Below are positions 1 to 11,200 of a stretch of DNA of 39,685 nt, piece after piece (positions within the stretch are counted from its first letter, which is position 1; the number at the start of each line of letters is the position of its first letter). A program made the position numbers and the translations under genes. The notes below the pieces were generated by a model. It was not told the DNA's origin. It was given only the letters and a program-made list of their open reading frames with translations, and did not search any database. Source of the DNA: a virus (taxonomy: Duplodnaviria; Caudoviricetes); the IMG/VR virus record IMGVR_UViG_3300032232_001689, positions 1 through 39,685 of that record; one strand, written 5' to 3'.

Positions 1-1624
1 CAAATATTTCATCTGTAAAAGTCACATTGGCTGTAAATGTATTTCTACCATTAAAGGTATTATTGTTCGCAAATATATCAGTTTTAACGTCAGATTTTGC
101 TTGGTTTATTAAAATGGTAGAATAGAAAACAGCATTGGTATAAGCAGTAACAGCGTTTCCACTTATTGCTGCATTAGCAGTTAGAATTTTAGAATCAATG
201 TAATTTGCTGAATTAGCAACAGCATTAGCAAAAGCTGTTGCAGCATTTCCGGTTATTGCTGCATTAGCAGTTAGAATTTTAGAGTCAGTATACGCCACTG
301 AGTTGGAATATGCATTACCAGATAACCATTGTACATAAATTTGGTTTGCAGAACCACCAGTTGCGCCATAAAGAGCATCATCTACGTATTTCGTATTGGC
401 AAAATTAGCAGCTGGTTGACCACCAAGATAAGCAGCATTGTTGGCGTTGTTAGCATTATAAGCTGTACCAGTAAAATATGCAACTGTTGCATTTGTTGAA
501 ATAGCACCATTAACACTACTGTTACCGACAGATATAGCACTAGAGTTTACAACAGCACCACCAAAAGGTGTACCATAACCAGTGCCTGTAGTATAAGAAA
601 CAGCATTGATACTACCAGTAAACAATGCACCAGCTAGAGTTGCATAATTTACTAAGTTTGCACTGAAATTTTGAGTACTAACATAAAAAGCTGCAACATG
701 TGTTAATGCATTAGAATATGCAGTTGCAGCATTACCAGTTATTGCCGCATTGGCAGTTAGTATTCTGGTGTTAATTAATGTTACTGCATTCGCATAAGCA
801 TTATCTGTATAGCCAAAAATAGCTGTATTTACTCTTAGGCTACCTGGTATCGTTCCTATTCTATCATCTGTGTAAGAAACAGCATTAGTATATGTTCTTG
901 CAACATTATCTGTTACGGAAGTTTTTGTTGCTAATGTTGGAAGATAAGTTGTAGACATATTATATGTATTAACATAATCAGTCGCAGCAACATTAGCAAG
1001 TTTATAAGAGTTGTATGCATCACCAGTAAAATAAGCTACTGTGGAATTAGTTGTTATAATACCATTAATGCTGCCATTACCCAAAGCAATGGCAGTCGCG
1101 TTTATTATCGCCCCACCATCTGCTGTATTATAACCTGTTCCAGTAGTGTACGATGCAGCATTAATACTAACTGCTAGTATAGATTTACCGCTCTCTTGAG
1201 AGAATGAAATGGTATTAGCAAAAATATGAGTATTAGTCCAAGTATATTGTGAACTTGGGTTTACACCAATAGCAGAAACTGCTTGCCAATAAGCGTTCGC
1301 GGTTGAACCAGCACTGGTTAGAACATAACCAGGTTGCCCCCAACTTCCGTTTGCATTTAATTTGCTGAGCTCGACGTTGGCTGCAAAAATACGATTAATG
1401 CCACCAGAAGTATTAGCAACAAGCGCCTGGTTCGCTGTAAGTACACCAGGATTCATTTCGCCGCCGATGCGAATATTTTGAATTACACTGGCTTCGTCAG
1501 TAGGACCAATCCAAAACGTATTACTTCTATACGCAAACGCCAATTCTCCTGAGAGAAGCGTAGGAGGATTATATGCACCGCTTGTATTAGCTGGCGAGCG
1601 TTTGATTCGGATTGTATTAGGCAC
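1..1624 (-). CDS. Tail fibre-like virion protein, partial (runs off the left edge; not in the ORF track)
   Basis: Manual translation from GTG at 1624, after an AAGGA SD: MPNTIRIKRSPANTSGAYNPPTLLSGELAFAYRSNTFWIG...LTANQALVANTSGGINRIF. The IxIKRS..P..L..GELA N-terminus is typical of fibre attachment domains (Mtd_N/HylP-like). Later AYTD-type coiled-coil repeats; paralogous to 2841..3770. Confidence 0.8.
   Translation of the reverse strand, partial: MPNTIRIKRSPANTSGAYNPPTLLSGELAFAYRSNTFWIGPTDEASVIQNIRIGGEMNPGVLTANQALVANTSGGINRIFAANVELSKLNANGSWGQPGYVLTSAGSTANAYWQAVSAIGVNPSSQYTWTNTHIFANTISFSQESGKSILAVSINAASYTTGTGYNTADGGAIINATAIALGNGSINGIITTNSTVAYFTGDAYNSYKLANVAATDYVNTYNMSTTYLPTLATKTSVTDNVARTYTNAVSYTDDRIGTIPGSLRVNTAIFGYTDNAYANAVTLINTRILTANAAITGNAATAYSNALTHVAAFYVSTQNFSANLVNYATLAGALFTGSINAVSYTTGTGYGTPFGGAVVNSSAISVGNSSVNGAISTNATVAYFTGTAYNANNANNAAYLGGQPAANFANTKYVDDALYGATGGSANQIYVQWLSGNAYSNSVAYTDSKILTANAAITGNAATAFANAVANSANYIDSKILTANAAISGNAVTAYTNAVFYSTILINQAKSDVKTDIFANNNTFNGRNTFTANVTFTDEIF
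151..290. repeat. 90-bp (30-aa) intragenic tandem duplication
   Basis: ttattgctgcattagcagttagaattttaga occurs twice, 90 bp apart (DSKILTANAAI(T/S)GNA); a diverged third copy lies near 721-770. Confidence 0.85.
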
Positions 1625-1646
1625 TCAAATGATTCCTTTTTTTAAT

Positions 1647-1654
1647 TATTTATT
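1647..1654 (-). promoter_or_regulatory. T4-type late promoter variant (AATAAATA)
   Basis: One mismatch to TATAAATA; intergenic, about 20 nt upstream of the GTG start at 1624. Confidence 0.5.
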
Positions 1655-1655
1655 A

Positions 1656-2831
1656 TTAAAAACTTCCACCATCCAAATTAACAGAAGTGCTTAAGTCCGC
1701 AACATTAGCCCAATAAACTGCACCACTAGTACCATTAGAAGTTAATATTTGTCCAGCAAACCCTATATCTCCTCTAGCGAGTATAGGGCTATTTATAACA
1801 AGGTTGGCGTTATAGGTATATACGCCTGTTATGGTATAATTATTATTTTTAGTAACATAATATTCTGGTGCAACACTACCAAGATGTAAAGCATTGTTAG
1901 ACGTTCCAGAAAAGTTTGTGGAATTTACAGTGCCTGCACCGACTGTGATTCCATTAGCGTTTAATGATGTGTTGCCAACATTAACACCATTAGAAGATAC
2001 AGAAGTGTTGCCAACGTTTACACCGTTTGAAGAAACTGTCGTATTTCCGGTTGTGATACCATTGGCGGAAACAGTAGTATTACCGACATTAACACCATTA
2101 GAAGAAATGGTTGTATTGCCAGTTGTGATGCCATTGGCAGATATAGAAGTGTTGCCAACATTAACGCCATTCGAAGAAACTGTCGTATTACCAACACTAA
2201 CACCGTTAGCTGAGATTGATGTATTACCAACATTAACACCATTTGCTGAAACAGAAGTGTTACCGACACTAACACCGTTAGCTGAAATTGATGTATTACC
2301 AACGCTAACACCATTCGAAGATATAGATGTGTTGCCAGTTGTAATTGTATTGGCTGAAATGCCACCATTAGAACTGATAGTTGTGTTACCAGCTGATAGC
2401 GAAGGCGCAGTAATTCCCGCAGTACTAATTGTTGTATTACCAGCTGTTATGGTTCCATTCGAACCGATAGTGGTATTGCCAACACTAACACCAGTAGAAC
2501 TGATAACAGTATTACCAGCTGTTATGCTACCGTTGGAACTTATTGTTGTATTACCAGCTGTAATACCGTTAGCAGAAAGAGTAGTATTTCCTGCAGTAAT
2601 GCCATTTGCTGAAAGTGTTGTATTGCCAATGTTAACACCATTAGCAGATATTGTTGTATTGCCAATTTTAAGAGTAGAAGCTGCTACCTTTTTCCAAACA
2701 AACCTCAGTGCTGTTGAAGGTGGTGTTGGTGGAATAATAGTATATTCCCAAACATATACACCGTCATCCCAACGATATTTGTCTGGGAGAGGAGGACTAG
2801 CAGTTAATGGATTTGGTAATGCTAAAGCCAT
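1656..2831 (-). CDS. Fibre/spike-like virion protein with 12-aa beta-repeats
   Basis: About 19 copies of (N/S/T)(V/A/T)GNT(T/S)(I/V)S(A/S)NG(V/I); C-terminal GQILTSNG..YW module and LDGGSF end, as in T4-like fibre proteins. Confidence 0.75.
   Translation of the reverse strand: MALALPNPLTASPPLPDKYRWDDGVYVWEYTIIPPTPPSTALRFVWKKVAASTLKIGNTTISANGVNIGNTTLSANGITAGNTTLSANGITAGNTTISSNGSITAGNTVISSTGVSVGNTTIGSNGTITAGNTTISTAGITAPSLSAGNTTISSNGGISANTITTGNTSISSNGVSVGNTSISANGVSVGNTSVSANGVNVGNTSISANGVSVGNTTVSSNGVNVGNTSISANGITTGNTTISSNGVNVGNTTVSANGITTGNTTVSSNGVNVGNTSVSSNGVNVGNTSLNANGITVGAGTVNSTNFSGTSNNALHLGSVAPEYYVTKNNNYTITGVYTYNANLVINSPILARGDIGFAGQILTSNGTSGAVYWANVADLSTSVNLDGGSF
1951..2666. repeat. Degenerate 36-bp coding tandem repeat (about 19 units)
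   Basis: Recurring gtattaccaac...aacaccatt units that translate to the 12-aa repeat. Confidence 0.9.
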
Positions 2832-2840
2832 GGATTCTCT

Positions 2841-3770
2841 TTAAAAAGTAGGTGGTAGAAAGTCATACCAAGTATCAAAATTACCGTTGTTTACCCACAT
2901 AAAAGGTTTATCATCGATAGTTGAATACCAAACATCTCCATAATTAGGAGTATCAGGAACTACCTCATACCCTCCAACATAATATCTTGAAGACCAATAT
3001 CCACCTGACCCATTACTAGTGTAAATTTGTTGATTAGCAGTAGAAGCTACGCTTGCAAAAACGAAATTATTGACAGTAATACTGTTTGTTCTAATATTAC
3101 CAGCAACAATATTAGAAGAAATTACATTGTTAGAGATAACGTAATTAGAATTTACATTACCAGTAATAACAGTATTAGATATAACATTATTAGAATTTAC
3201 ATTACTAGCAATAACAGTGTTAGAGTTAACAGTGTTAGAGATAACATAATTAGAATTTATATTACCAGAAACTATAACATTGTTGGAAATAACATTATTT
3301 GATAAAACATCTCCGGTAGCGCTGATATTGTTGGAAGTTATAGTTCCAGTATTGCTTATTTGAATATCACCAAGTATAGATGTAGCTGACGCCCAATATA
3401 CTCCATTGCTTGAAGCGACAAGCACATATCCAGAATTACCAGTAGAACCATTTGCGGTTAAAGTACTTACATTAATATTTCTGGTATATATCTGATCTGT
3501 GCGGATAACCTGAACTGTCAGGTTTGTGGTATCGATCTCAGAAGTGTATATTCTATTGATACCACCAGTAGAGTTAGCAACAAGTGCTTGATTGGCAGTT
3601 AATGTACCATCATTTAATTTATGACCGATACGAATATTGCCAGCAGAGCCGTCTGGCGCACCAATAAAAAAATTATTCCCAGCTTGTGTGAACGCAAGTT
3701 CGCCAGGAATAAGGGTAGGTACATTGTTACTCGCTATCGAGTATTTGATTTGTATTGGTCTATAAACCAT
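2841..3770 (-). CDS. Tail fibre-related virion protein with SNNVI pentapeptide repeats
   Basis: N-terminus IQIKYS..PTLIPGELAF..LTANQALVANSTGGINRIY is paralogous to the ORF starting at 1624; central 5-aa repeats; C-terminal P..P.YGDVWY motif. Confidence 0.75.
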   Translation of the reverse strand: MVYRPIQIKYSIASNNVPTLIPGELAFTQAGNNFFIGAPDGSAGNIRIGHKLNDGTLTANQALVANSTGGINRIYTSEIDTTNLTVQVIRTDQIYTRNINVSTLTANGSTGNSGYVLVASSNGVYWASATSILGDIQISNTGTITSNNISATGDVLSNNVISNNVIVSGNINSNYVISNTVNSNTVIASNVNSNNVISNTVITGNVNSNYVISNNVISSNIVAGNIRTNSITVNNFVFASVASTANQQIYTSNGSGGYWSSRYYVGGYEVVPDTPNYGDVWYSTIDDKPFMWVNNGNFDTWYDFLPPTF

Positions 3771-3791
3771 ATCGCAAAGCTCTTTTTTTAA

Positions 3792-3799
3792 TATTTATA
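3792..3799 (-). promoter_or_regulatory. T4 late promoter TATAAATA
   Basis: Exact consensus, intergenic, about 20 nt upstream of the 3770 start. Confidence 0.75.
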
Positions 3800-3800
3800 T

Positions 3801-4142
3801 CTAAAAAGTCCCTCCGTGTAGACCACCTGTAATGTAATCCATATCCAGCTGTGTAGCCACATAGTTGTTATTACTGTAATCGTAAACAAGAGTAGCGCCT
3901 TGAACTTTGTTCGAACTGTTTACATCATTAAGTTCTTCTATCTTTTGAACGCCCAAAGAAACAATGGTTGGTGTTTTTACCAAATTGACTGGAGCAGTAG
4001 AATCTATAATGCCTAACGAATTATCCGCTGACACTTGAACTGTTTTCTTATTTGCAACAATAACATTAGCAACACCTGTTTTTGGTGTGCTTGACATAAC
4101 ATTAACACGTTTAATATCTTTAATTACAGCAACAGTTACCAT
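3801..4142 (-). CDS. Small virion structural protein
   Basis: L.DV.....GATLVYD motif and GGTF terminus; tightly packed in the late operon. Confidence 0.65.
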   Translation of the reverse strand: MVTVAVIKDIKRVNVMSSTPKTGVANVIVANKKTVQVSADNSLGIIDSTAPVNLVKTPTIVSLGVQKIEELNDVNSSNKVQGATLVYDYSNNNYVATQLDMDYITGGLHGGTF

Positions 4143-4145
4143 TTA

Positions 4146-4475
4146 CTATCTCGTTACTTGAGGAGTGACCGTTATAATACCTTCCACAACTCTAGAAACC
4201 GTTGAACCATTGTTTATTTCTACATCATATACGTATCTACCAGCAACCAAATTACTTGTCTGATTTGCTGTTAAAGTTAAATTAATAGAAGCCGAACTTA
4301 CATTGATGAATGTGGTAAATGATGCTGATGCATTAGCAGATGTATACCATTTTCTAACTTGGGAGTTAGCACTATAGCCATCTAAAATTAATGGTGAACC
4401 ATTCTCATCTGTGAGATACAGATCAGAAGAAAATGTAGAACCTTGGTCTATTACCAAATTAGCCTTTGTTGCCAT
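4146..4475 (-). CDS. Conserved virion structural protein of cyanophage-type T4-like phages
   Basis: NLVIDQGSTF...LT..QT..L..GRYVYDVEI....RVVEG...V.P.VTR motif recalled from T4-like phages. Confidence 0.8.
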   Translation of the reverse strand: MATKANLVIDQGSTFSSDLYLTDENGSPLILDGYSANSQVRKWYTSANASASFTTFINVSSASINLTLTANQTSNLVAGRYVYDVEINNGSTVSRVVEGIITVTPQVTR

Positions 4476-5266
4476 TAAGCCAATATCCTAGAAAATTTGA
4501 AAGTTGTACTGTTGTATACAGGAATTACCCATAATCTTAAATTTGTGCCATCAGTGTTTGCAATAAAAAGACCAAGAGCGCCATTTGAATTCATTGTAGC
4601 GTATTCGGTAATATACCCATTACCACCATCATGATACGTTAACAATTTTGTGGTCGAGTAACCATTAGCCGAATTGTTAACCGCAGATACCAAATACTCT
4701 GCTGCATTGAAACTAGCAATCGCCCAAGAATCAAGCAATTGTCCAGCAGTTCCTGTAGTAGTTATCGTGCCGTTACCAATTGGTAAAACTGGCTGTGCAA
4801 TCGGCGACCAAGACCCATTTGCATTTAAATAAAACTGTGCATTAGAAACTTGTACGGATGTAGGTGTTCTAATCGATATAGTAGATGAAGAATTACTGAT
4901 AGCAATAGAAGAAGAATTTACAGAAACATTAACTGTAGAATTACCAACTTTTACATCACCAGCGAATTTGCCGTAAAAAGTGTTGACAGTATAATTTGTA
5001 AAAGAAGCATCACCGAAACTAATAGAAGTTGAATTTACCGTTCCATTGACAGTAGCATTTCCAAACGTACCACCTGTTGAAATAGAAAACGTATTAATAA
5101 TCAAAGCGTTTGCTGAAAATGTGCCAGTAATAGCAGCATTACCAACAGCTGTATTTGAGTTTACAGTAACAGCGCTATTTGACATCGCAAATGCAAGTTC
5201 ATTTGTGCGGTTACGCCAAAAGTCGAAAGTGTTTGTTACTGCGGTGTTTTGAATATAAACTGTCAT
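4475..5266 (-). CDS. Virion structural / fibre-associated protein
   Basis: N-terminal TFDFWRNRTN motif and C-terminal AEYLVS..HDG..ITEYA domain typical of T4-like fibre proteins. Confidence 0.7.
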   Translation of the reverse strand: MTVYIQNTAVTNTFDFWRNRTNELAFAMSNSAVTVNSNTAVGNAAITGTFSANALIINTFSISTGGTFGNATVNGTVNSTSISFGDASFTNYTVNTFYGKFAGDVKVGNSTVNVSVNSSSIAISNSSSTISIRTPTSVQVSNAQFYLNANGSWSPIAQPVLPIGNGTITTTGTAGQLLDSWAIASFNAAEYLVSAVNNSANGYSTTKLLTYHDGGNGYITEYATMNSNGALGLFIANTDGTNLRLWVIPVYNSTTFKFSRILA

Positions 5267-5273
5267 TTATCTG

Positions 5274-5483
5274 TTATCTCTTTAACAACTGTTGCAACAT
5301 TTCTTTAATATCACCAATATCATTTTCTAGCTTTGTTATTCTATCATTTGCTGTTTTAGCAGATTCCACCGCCATTTTTTGACGACGGTAAGCATCAAGC
5401 GCAGAATTATCAACGTTTAAAATTGCGCCTGAATTAATATCTTTCACTAAACCATCAACTTCTGTTTTAACATATTTATTCAT
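5274..5483 (-). CDS. Conserved small phage protein with C-terminal coiled coil
   Basis: LVKD..SGAILN.D..AY motif; the usual neighbour downstream of DUF4815 genes. Confidence 0.75.
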   Translation of the reverse strand: MNKYVKTEVDGLVKDINSGAILNVDNSALDAYRRQKMAVESAKTANDRITKLENDIGDIKEMLQQLLKR

Positions 5484-5487
5484 TTTA

Positions 5488-8226
5488 TTATAGTTGTAAC
5501 GCTAGAGCTGTCAAATCGTTCAACATTGGAACCTGAGAAGAATTATTTGATTGTAAAATAACCTTAATTTGGAACTGTTTGAAAGTAGTGTAAAGGCTGT
5601 TGTTATTGTTCAAATATGTTAAGCCATTTTTGGCCACAATATAACCATTGGCAGCTGTGTAATTGGTAGCCCATGGAGTACCAACTGTCAACTGAGTAGA
5701 ATTAGAAACTGAAACAATAGCTTGGTTGTAACCACCGATATTCAATATTTGACCAGGAAGCAATATTGTAAAGTTTGTATTAGATCCAGTTATGATATTT
5801 GAAGTAGTATTAGCAGTAACTGTAGAGATCGCTGAACCATCTATTGTATTTTGGAACATACCATTTGGTGCAGCTAATTGTGTAACAAGATTTGCCGAAG
5901 CCCAAGCAGTTGATGGTGGAGGTACAACATACATTGGCTGAGAAGAATAACCTGCTTCAGCGTTAAATGGCGCATTAAGCTGTAGCGATGTTGTGCTATT
6001 GACATTAACTACTTGACGCGAAGCTTCACTGAACGTTGAATTGGCCATCATATTGACCCACATTCCAACCTTAACGTCTGTTCCGAATGTAGTAAAATAT
6101 CCACTAACAACGTTTGAAGTATTCGAAGCATTAACAGATCCAGTTAATTTCATCATTCCATAATATGGGTATGTTGTGTATACATATTCTCTAAAGTCAC
6201 CAGCATTCGAACCATCAGTATATATATCATAACCATTATTAAGCATTGGAGTCCATGATTTAGAAGAAATTGATTCTGAATCTTGGCCGTTTAAAAATTT
6301 AACATAAACTTTAATGTCTGTATCTTTTGGTCTACGAGCAGTTATTGATATTTGTAAATCTTGCGCATCCTGACCGTTTGCAAGAGTAATAATTTGTGAA
6401 ACATATTTTGTTTTCGAAGAACCGCTAGTGTAATATTCATTGTAAATATCTTGTACAGAATCAATTTGATTACCAATAACAGTTCCTGATGCCATGACAG
6501 TATCAATAAGTGGAGAAAGTAATACTGAATCCGATACTAAACTAACATGAACATTTGAAGATTTAGCTCCGCTTAAATATTGATTTTCGTGAGATCTTGT
6601 AACAAGAATGCGTTCTTTATCATTAAATTCAGTTTCAGTACCAACGCTCAAGTAATTTGGCGAAGAATCTAAAACATAGCTATTGCTTGTGCCTCTATAA
6701 TCATAAGTTACTCTTGTTCCTGCAGGCGTAATGACAGCAAAATTTGGAACGAAAGCATCAACGATTGGTCTATAAAAAGCACCAGTATTAGCATAAGCAA
6801 TTAATGTTGTAGTGTTTGGTCCTGGAGATGTGACAAGAGCAGAATTGGCAAATCTATGTATTTGAACAAAAGTATTCTGTGTGTAATTGCCAGAAGAGTT
6901 TGAAGCATATAATATATTTTTACCACTGTCATAATAACTCGCAACACCCTTTACAGAAGTATTAACAGTTCCAATAGAAGAATTTGTAGATTCAAAAACA
7001 TAGTCGCCTTGGAGGATACTTACTGATGTGTTAACATATCCAACATTGTAAACTGAAAGATATTCTGTATTGCCATTATTGAAATATGCATCACCAGTGA
7101 AAGAAGTAAAGTTAGCAATATTCAATTTAAACTTAATATACTCAGTCTGTAATGCTGTCCATTGAGTAGTTGTTGCACCATAAAAAGCTGTACCGATAAT
7201 TGGTTGACTGAACATCTGTAAACCAGATTTAATGTCAAATTCACCAAGTTCGGCGCTATACACCCAGTAATCTGGATCATTGTTATCTGGCTTTACAATA
7301 AAGGCATATGTAGTAGAACTGTTTAAAAAGACAGGCGATTCAAAAGTAAACGTTGTGCCAAGAGAAGCATCATTACTGTAACCTAAACTGTTAACAGTGT
7401 CTTGCGCTACAATTTGACTTTTTGTCAAATGTACTGTTGAGAATGGTAATACCTTTGAACCATCTGGGTAACCATTATTTGTTTCACACAGATAAACTGT
7501 TACACCATGATTACCAATTTGAGCCAATTGTTTAAAATAAATTGTAAGAGAAGTAGCATAAACACCAGCTTCGCTATTTGGTGTGTTAATTGTTAGGCTT
7601 TGTGCAATTGGTTCCCACTGCGCAGTAATATTAACAATATCGGCTAAAGTTGTGGTAGTTACTTGTGTATTTGTGGTAACAACTGTATTAGAAATTGCAC
7701 GTGTTGAAAGAATAGGATTTACAGTAGTTTGTGTAACACCTTGCTTGGTTACAGAAATATTAGAAGCAGTAAACGAGCCTGATGCTTGTGTGCTGATTGC
7801 AGCATTTCCCATAGCGAGGTTGTCAACGTCAGCAAGTTCAAATACACGATCGCCATTTTTAAATTTGCCTGCAGGGATATTAAATTGACCAGCGAGTATT
7901 CCAGTAGAAGAAGTTACAAGATTAGCGCCCCAATTTCCAGATCTGTCAACAGATTGCCATATTGAACTATCGCTACCAGTACGTACTCCAGGGGCACAAT
8001 ATGCATCAACTAACACACTATCAAAGAAAGCGTGCATGCGCTGATTTGGTCTTAGACCTTTTGCATGAAAAGAAATAATTTGAGGAGCAATATATGGATT
8101 TATCGTAACATCAGTAACAAAATTACCAATTTGTACTGTATTAGATTGAGAATCTACAGTTAGTTGCACTCCTTGTCTATTAGAAGTAGATGTACTAGTT
8201 GTAGTTGTTGTTACTGTTGCTGTCAA
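5488..8226 (-). CDS. C-terminal half of DUF4815/VrlC-like large virion structural protein
   Basis: PYI..I.F.AKGLRPN..FFD, EPIAQS and KYVS..ITL..A.DL motifs; TTG start with GGAGA SD. Confidence 0.75.
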   Translation of the reverse strand: MTATVTTTTTSTSTSNRQGVQLTVDSQSNTVQIGNFVTDVTINPYIAPQIISFHAKGLRPNQRMHAFFDSVLVDAYCAPGVRTGSDSSIWQSVDRSGNWGANLVTSSTGILAGQFNIPAGKFKNGDRVFELADVDNLAMGNAAISTQASGSFTASNISVTKQGVTQTTVNPILSTRAISNTVVTTNTQVTTTTLADIVNITAQWEPIAQSLTINTPNSEAGVYATSLTIYFKQLAQIGNHGVTVYLCETNNGYPDGSKVLPFSTVHLTKSQIVAQDTVNSLGYSNDASLGTTFTFESPVFLNSSTTYAFIVKPDNNDPDYWVYSAELGEFDIKSGLQMFSQPIIGTAFYGATTTQWTALQTEYIKFKLNIANFTSFTGDAYFNNGNTEYLSVYNVGYVNTSVSILQGDYVFESTNSSIGTVNTSVKGVASYYDSGKNILYASNSSGNYTQNTFVQIHRFANSALVTSPGPNTTTLIAYANTGAFYRPIVDAFVPNFAVITPAGTRVTYDYRGTSNSYVLDSSPNYLSVGTETEFNDKERILVTRSHENQYLSGAKSSNVHVSLVSDSVLLSPLIDTVMASGTVIGNQIDSVQDIYNEYYTSGSSKTKYVSQIITLANGQDAQDLQISITARRPKDTDIKVYVKFLNGQDSESISSKSWTPMLNNGYDIYTDGSNAGDFREYVYTTYPYYGMMKLTGSVNASNTSNVVSGYFTTFGTDVKVGMWVNMMANSTFSEASRQVVNVNSTTSLQLNAPFNAEAGYSSQPMYVVPPPSTAWASANLVTQLAAPNGMFQNTIDGSAISTVTANTTSNIITGSNTNFTILLPGQILNIGGYNQAIVSVSNSTQLTVGTPWATNYTAANGYIVAKNGLTYLNNNNSLYTTFKQFQIKVILQSNNSSQVPMLNDLTALALQL

Positions 8227-8240
8227 CTTTTATCTCCAAA

Positions 8241-11200
8241 TTAACTTACTTGAGTTATAGAAGAGTTACTTCCGATACCACCATGTTGACTGCTAAAGGT
8301 CAATGAAGTACCACCAATAACAAATCCTTCTGATTGATATTTCGCAACTGCTGCATCGAGGGCTGCTTGAGCAGTGTCATTAGTATATTGATACCCAATA
8401 GAAATATTATACGTATTCTGTTGACCTGTTTGAACAGAAGAACTAACTGTATTTACCGATGTTTGCCAAGCGCCCCAAATAGATCCGAATGGTGAATTAG
8501 CAAATTCTTTCCATGGTGTAGTGTTGTCAATAGTTGTACCAACCGAGGCTGTTTGATTGTAATCAATATTATTGCTGTAACTAGGCATCAATTCTAAGAA
8601 CCCACTCCAATGAGAAGCAACGTGAGCCGATGAACGATATTTAGTTGCATAAGGTTGAGTTATAAATGCAACGCTTGTATAAGGAAGAGTAATAACACGA
8701 CCTGTTTTCTGTACATTAGAAGAAGCAGTAGAATTGAAATCGAATTTAAATGATTCTAATACAAACTTTGGTCTTGCTTTGCCTTCTTTTCTATCTATTG
8801 CAATAGAATATTCAGGATTAGAAACATCGCTTAACAAGAAACTATCAAAAGAGTCGGCGAAAATGCCATTCTTGAAACGATTTAATCCATTAGAATCTGT
8901 AACAACCATATCAGTAGCTTTCTGCTGAAGTAGAGAAAGCTGAGTATAATATTCAAGATTAGTAATACGCTTATCAAGCTTACCAATATCCTGCATTGTG
9001 TAACGACGATTCATAACAAGATTTGTGCTAATTGCAGTTGAAGTGTCACGAATCAAGTTTTTAGAAAGTTTGTTTATAGCCTGGTCAGAATCGACCTGAT
9101 CGGTCGACAGAGAAGGATATGGAGGTATTTTGATAACTGCTACCGCCATAGAATTATCTGGGAAAATAGGTGTTTGAGGTGCAACTTTTGGTTGACCCTC
9201 AATAACCTTAATTGTACCATCAGGAGTAATAGTTACCAAGTCATTTCTTGGCAAATACATTGTAAAATTAGATTGCATATTTCTACCATAAGCAGGAACA
9301 TTCAAATCATCAGTACTGAATGGTGTAAGATTAGCAGCTGCTGGATTAATAGTTGCATATGAAACAGATGTTACAACATTTGATACAACGCCTGTGTTAT
9401 TTGCAGAAGAATTACTTACAGGTCTAAAATCAATATAATCTCTCAGCCAGTTTTTCTTACCAGTTTCATCCACATACAGAGGAATATCTTTCGTCTGAAT
9501 AGCAGTCGTATTTGCTGTATTTGCGTCGTCGATTGGATACGATTCCACACTAAAGAAACCAGGAGCAGAAGGAGTGAAATAATCCATCTGTACAAGCAAG
9601 TATGGATAAGAAGAATAACTGAAACCAGATGTTGGGTAAAGATATCCATAATCATAATGTGTATCTTTTTGACCTGTATCATAACTGAATTGATTTGTTA
9701 TGTTTGTTGCTGTTATTGCTGTACTGTTACAAAAAGTGCCTGAAGAAGCCCCATAAACAGCAGTAATTTGATGTAAGTCACTGACGCCAAGACACCATGG
9801 TCCAGTCACCCCTCCAGCATTATTTGCTACATTAATTCTAACAAATCTATTTTTGTTGATCGCTTTAGTTGATGCTGTTGCATTAGTTCTAAGAATATCA
9901 TAAAAAACTTGAACGCCAAGAGAAGAAGAAGGAGCCTGTGTGCTTCTTATTTGGAAAGAAGTGCTATTTGAAACATAAACATATCCTGTTTGCGGTCCGG
10001 TAGCACTGTAAGAAAATGGTATAACTGATCCATTTAAATAAGTTTTATAATATGTTCCTGTGCCAGCAGAACCTCCAAAACTAGCATCAACAGTCATAAG
10101 CGATGAGTTTGTAACAGATACAACAGTACGTATTACTGAATTATACTTAATTAGAGATCCTGGGTAAAAATCAACCAAGAAATTAGTACTACTACCAGTT
10201 ACTGTGGTATTAGTAGAAGATGTTGTTACAGAACCACCAAGAGCTGCAGTGTCTACATTTGCTGTTGCTACTAAAGTAATAGACGATGTATCAACAATTG
10301 GAAGAACACCTATTCCATATGGAAGAATGTCAATATTTGAACCACCAGAACCAGAACCAGAAATTGTAACAGTCACTAGGCCATTTGCTGCCATAGTAGC
10401 TGATTTGTTGGTGCGGTATATGTATTGTGTATTGTTGTTATTCGAATCATCTTTAAGATTTTTTAATCCAGGAACACCGAAATTATAAAGTTGATCTTTT
10501 AACGAAGACCCATCTATAACACCTGGATTTGTTAAATCTGCAAATCCCTTTGTTCCTGATGTGTATCCTATTGATTTGATTTGGTTTACCTGGTAACCAC
10601 CATTCATTTTTATATTAAACACGTGCACAGTATATACAGCAGTATTTGTACCATCAACGCCAGAAATATAATTGAAGTTTTTAAGAGATGCTGTACCTAT
10701 TAAATTACCATTAGCAGTTGCGATAGAAGCATATGTTCTTTTTGTTACAGCCTGTTGTGGTGAATCATATAAATTAATATTTTGAGCGGTAGAGAATGGG
10801 AAAATGCCAGCAACCTCATTTACAGTAAAATAATTACCATAATTGAATGTGATCTGTTGAGATTTAAATGATTGTGTGTCAATACCACGACGCATATTGA
10901 TATATGCAGTTTTAAGAATTTCTACACGTTGTCCTTGGGCGTAACCAACACCTGGACTTACACGCCCCAATACAGTATTTGCATCTATCGTTGATATGAT
11001 AGAATTTCCAGTTAAACCTGTTACAGTATCAACAATAAAAGGATTTACAACATAATTACCAGACTCATCATAAATTCTAGTTGCAATAGCTTCGCCAACA
11101 ACAGAATAAACGTTTGATGATACAGATTTACTTACAAGAGAACCATAATTATATGTTGCAATTGGGTTAAAACCTGTAGTGTTTGAAGCTGTTACTGGAT

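Noticed and set aside
1951-2666. Possible CRISPR array (36-bp period)
   Set aside because: No unique spacers; variation is mostly synonymous within a coding repeat; no cas genes.
1894-2844. 316-aa plus-strand ORF with VLPTLTP repeats
   Set aside because: Antisense shadow of the 36-bp repeat gene; repeats propagate stop-free frames; no SD or promoter support.
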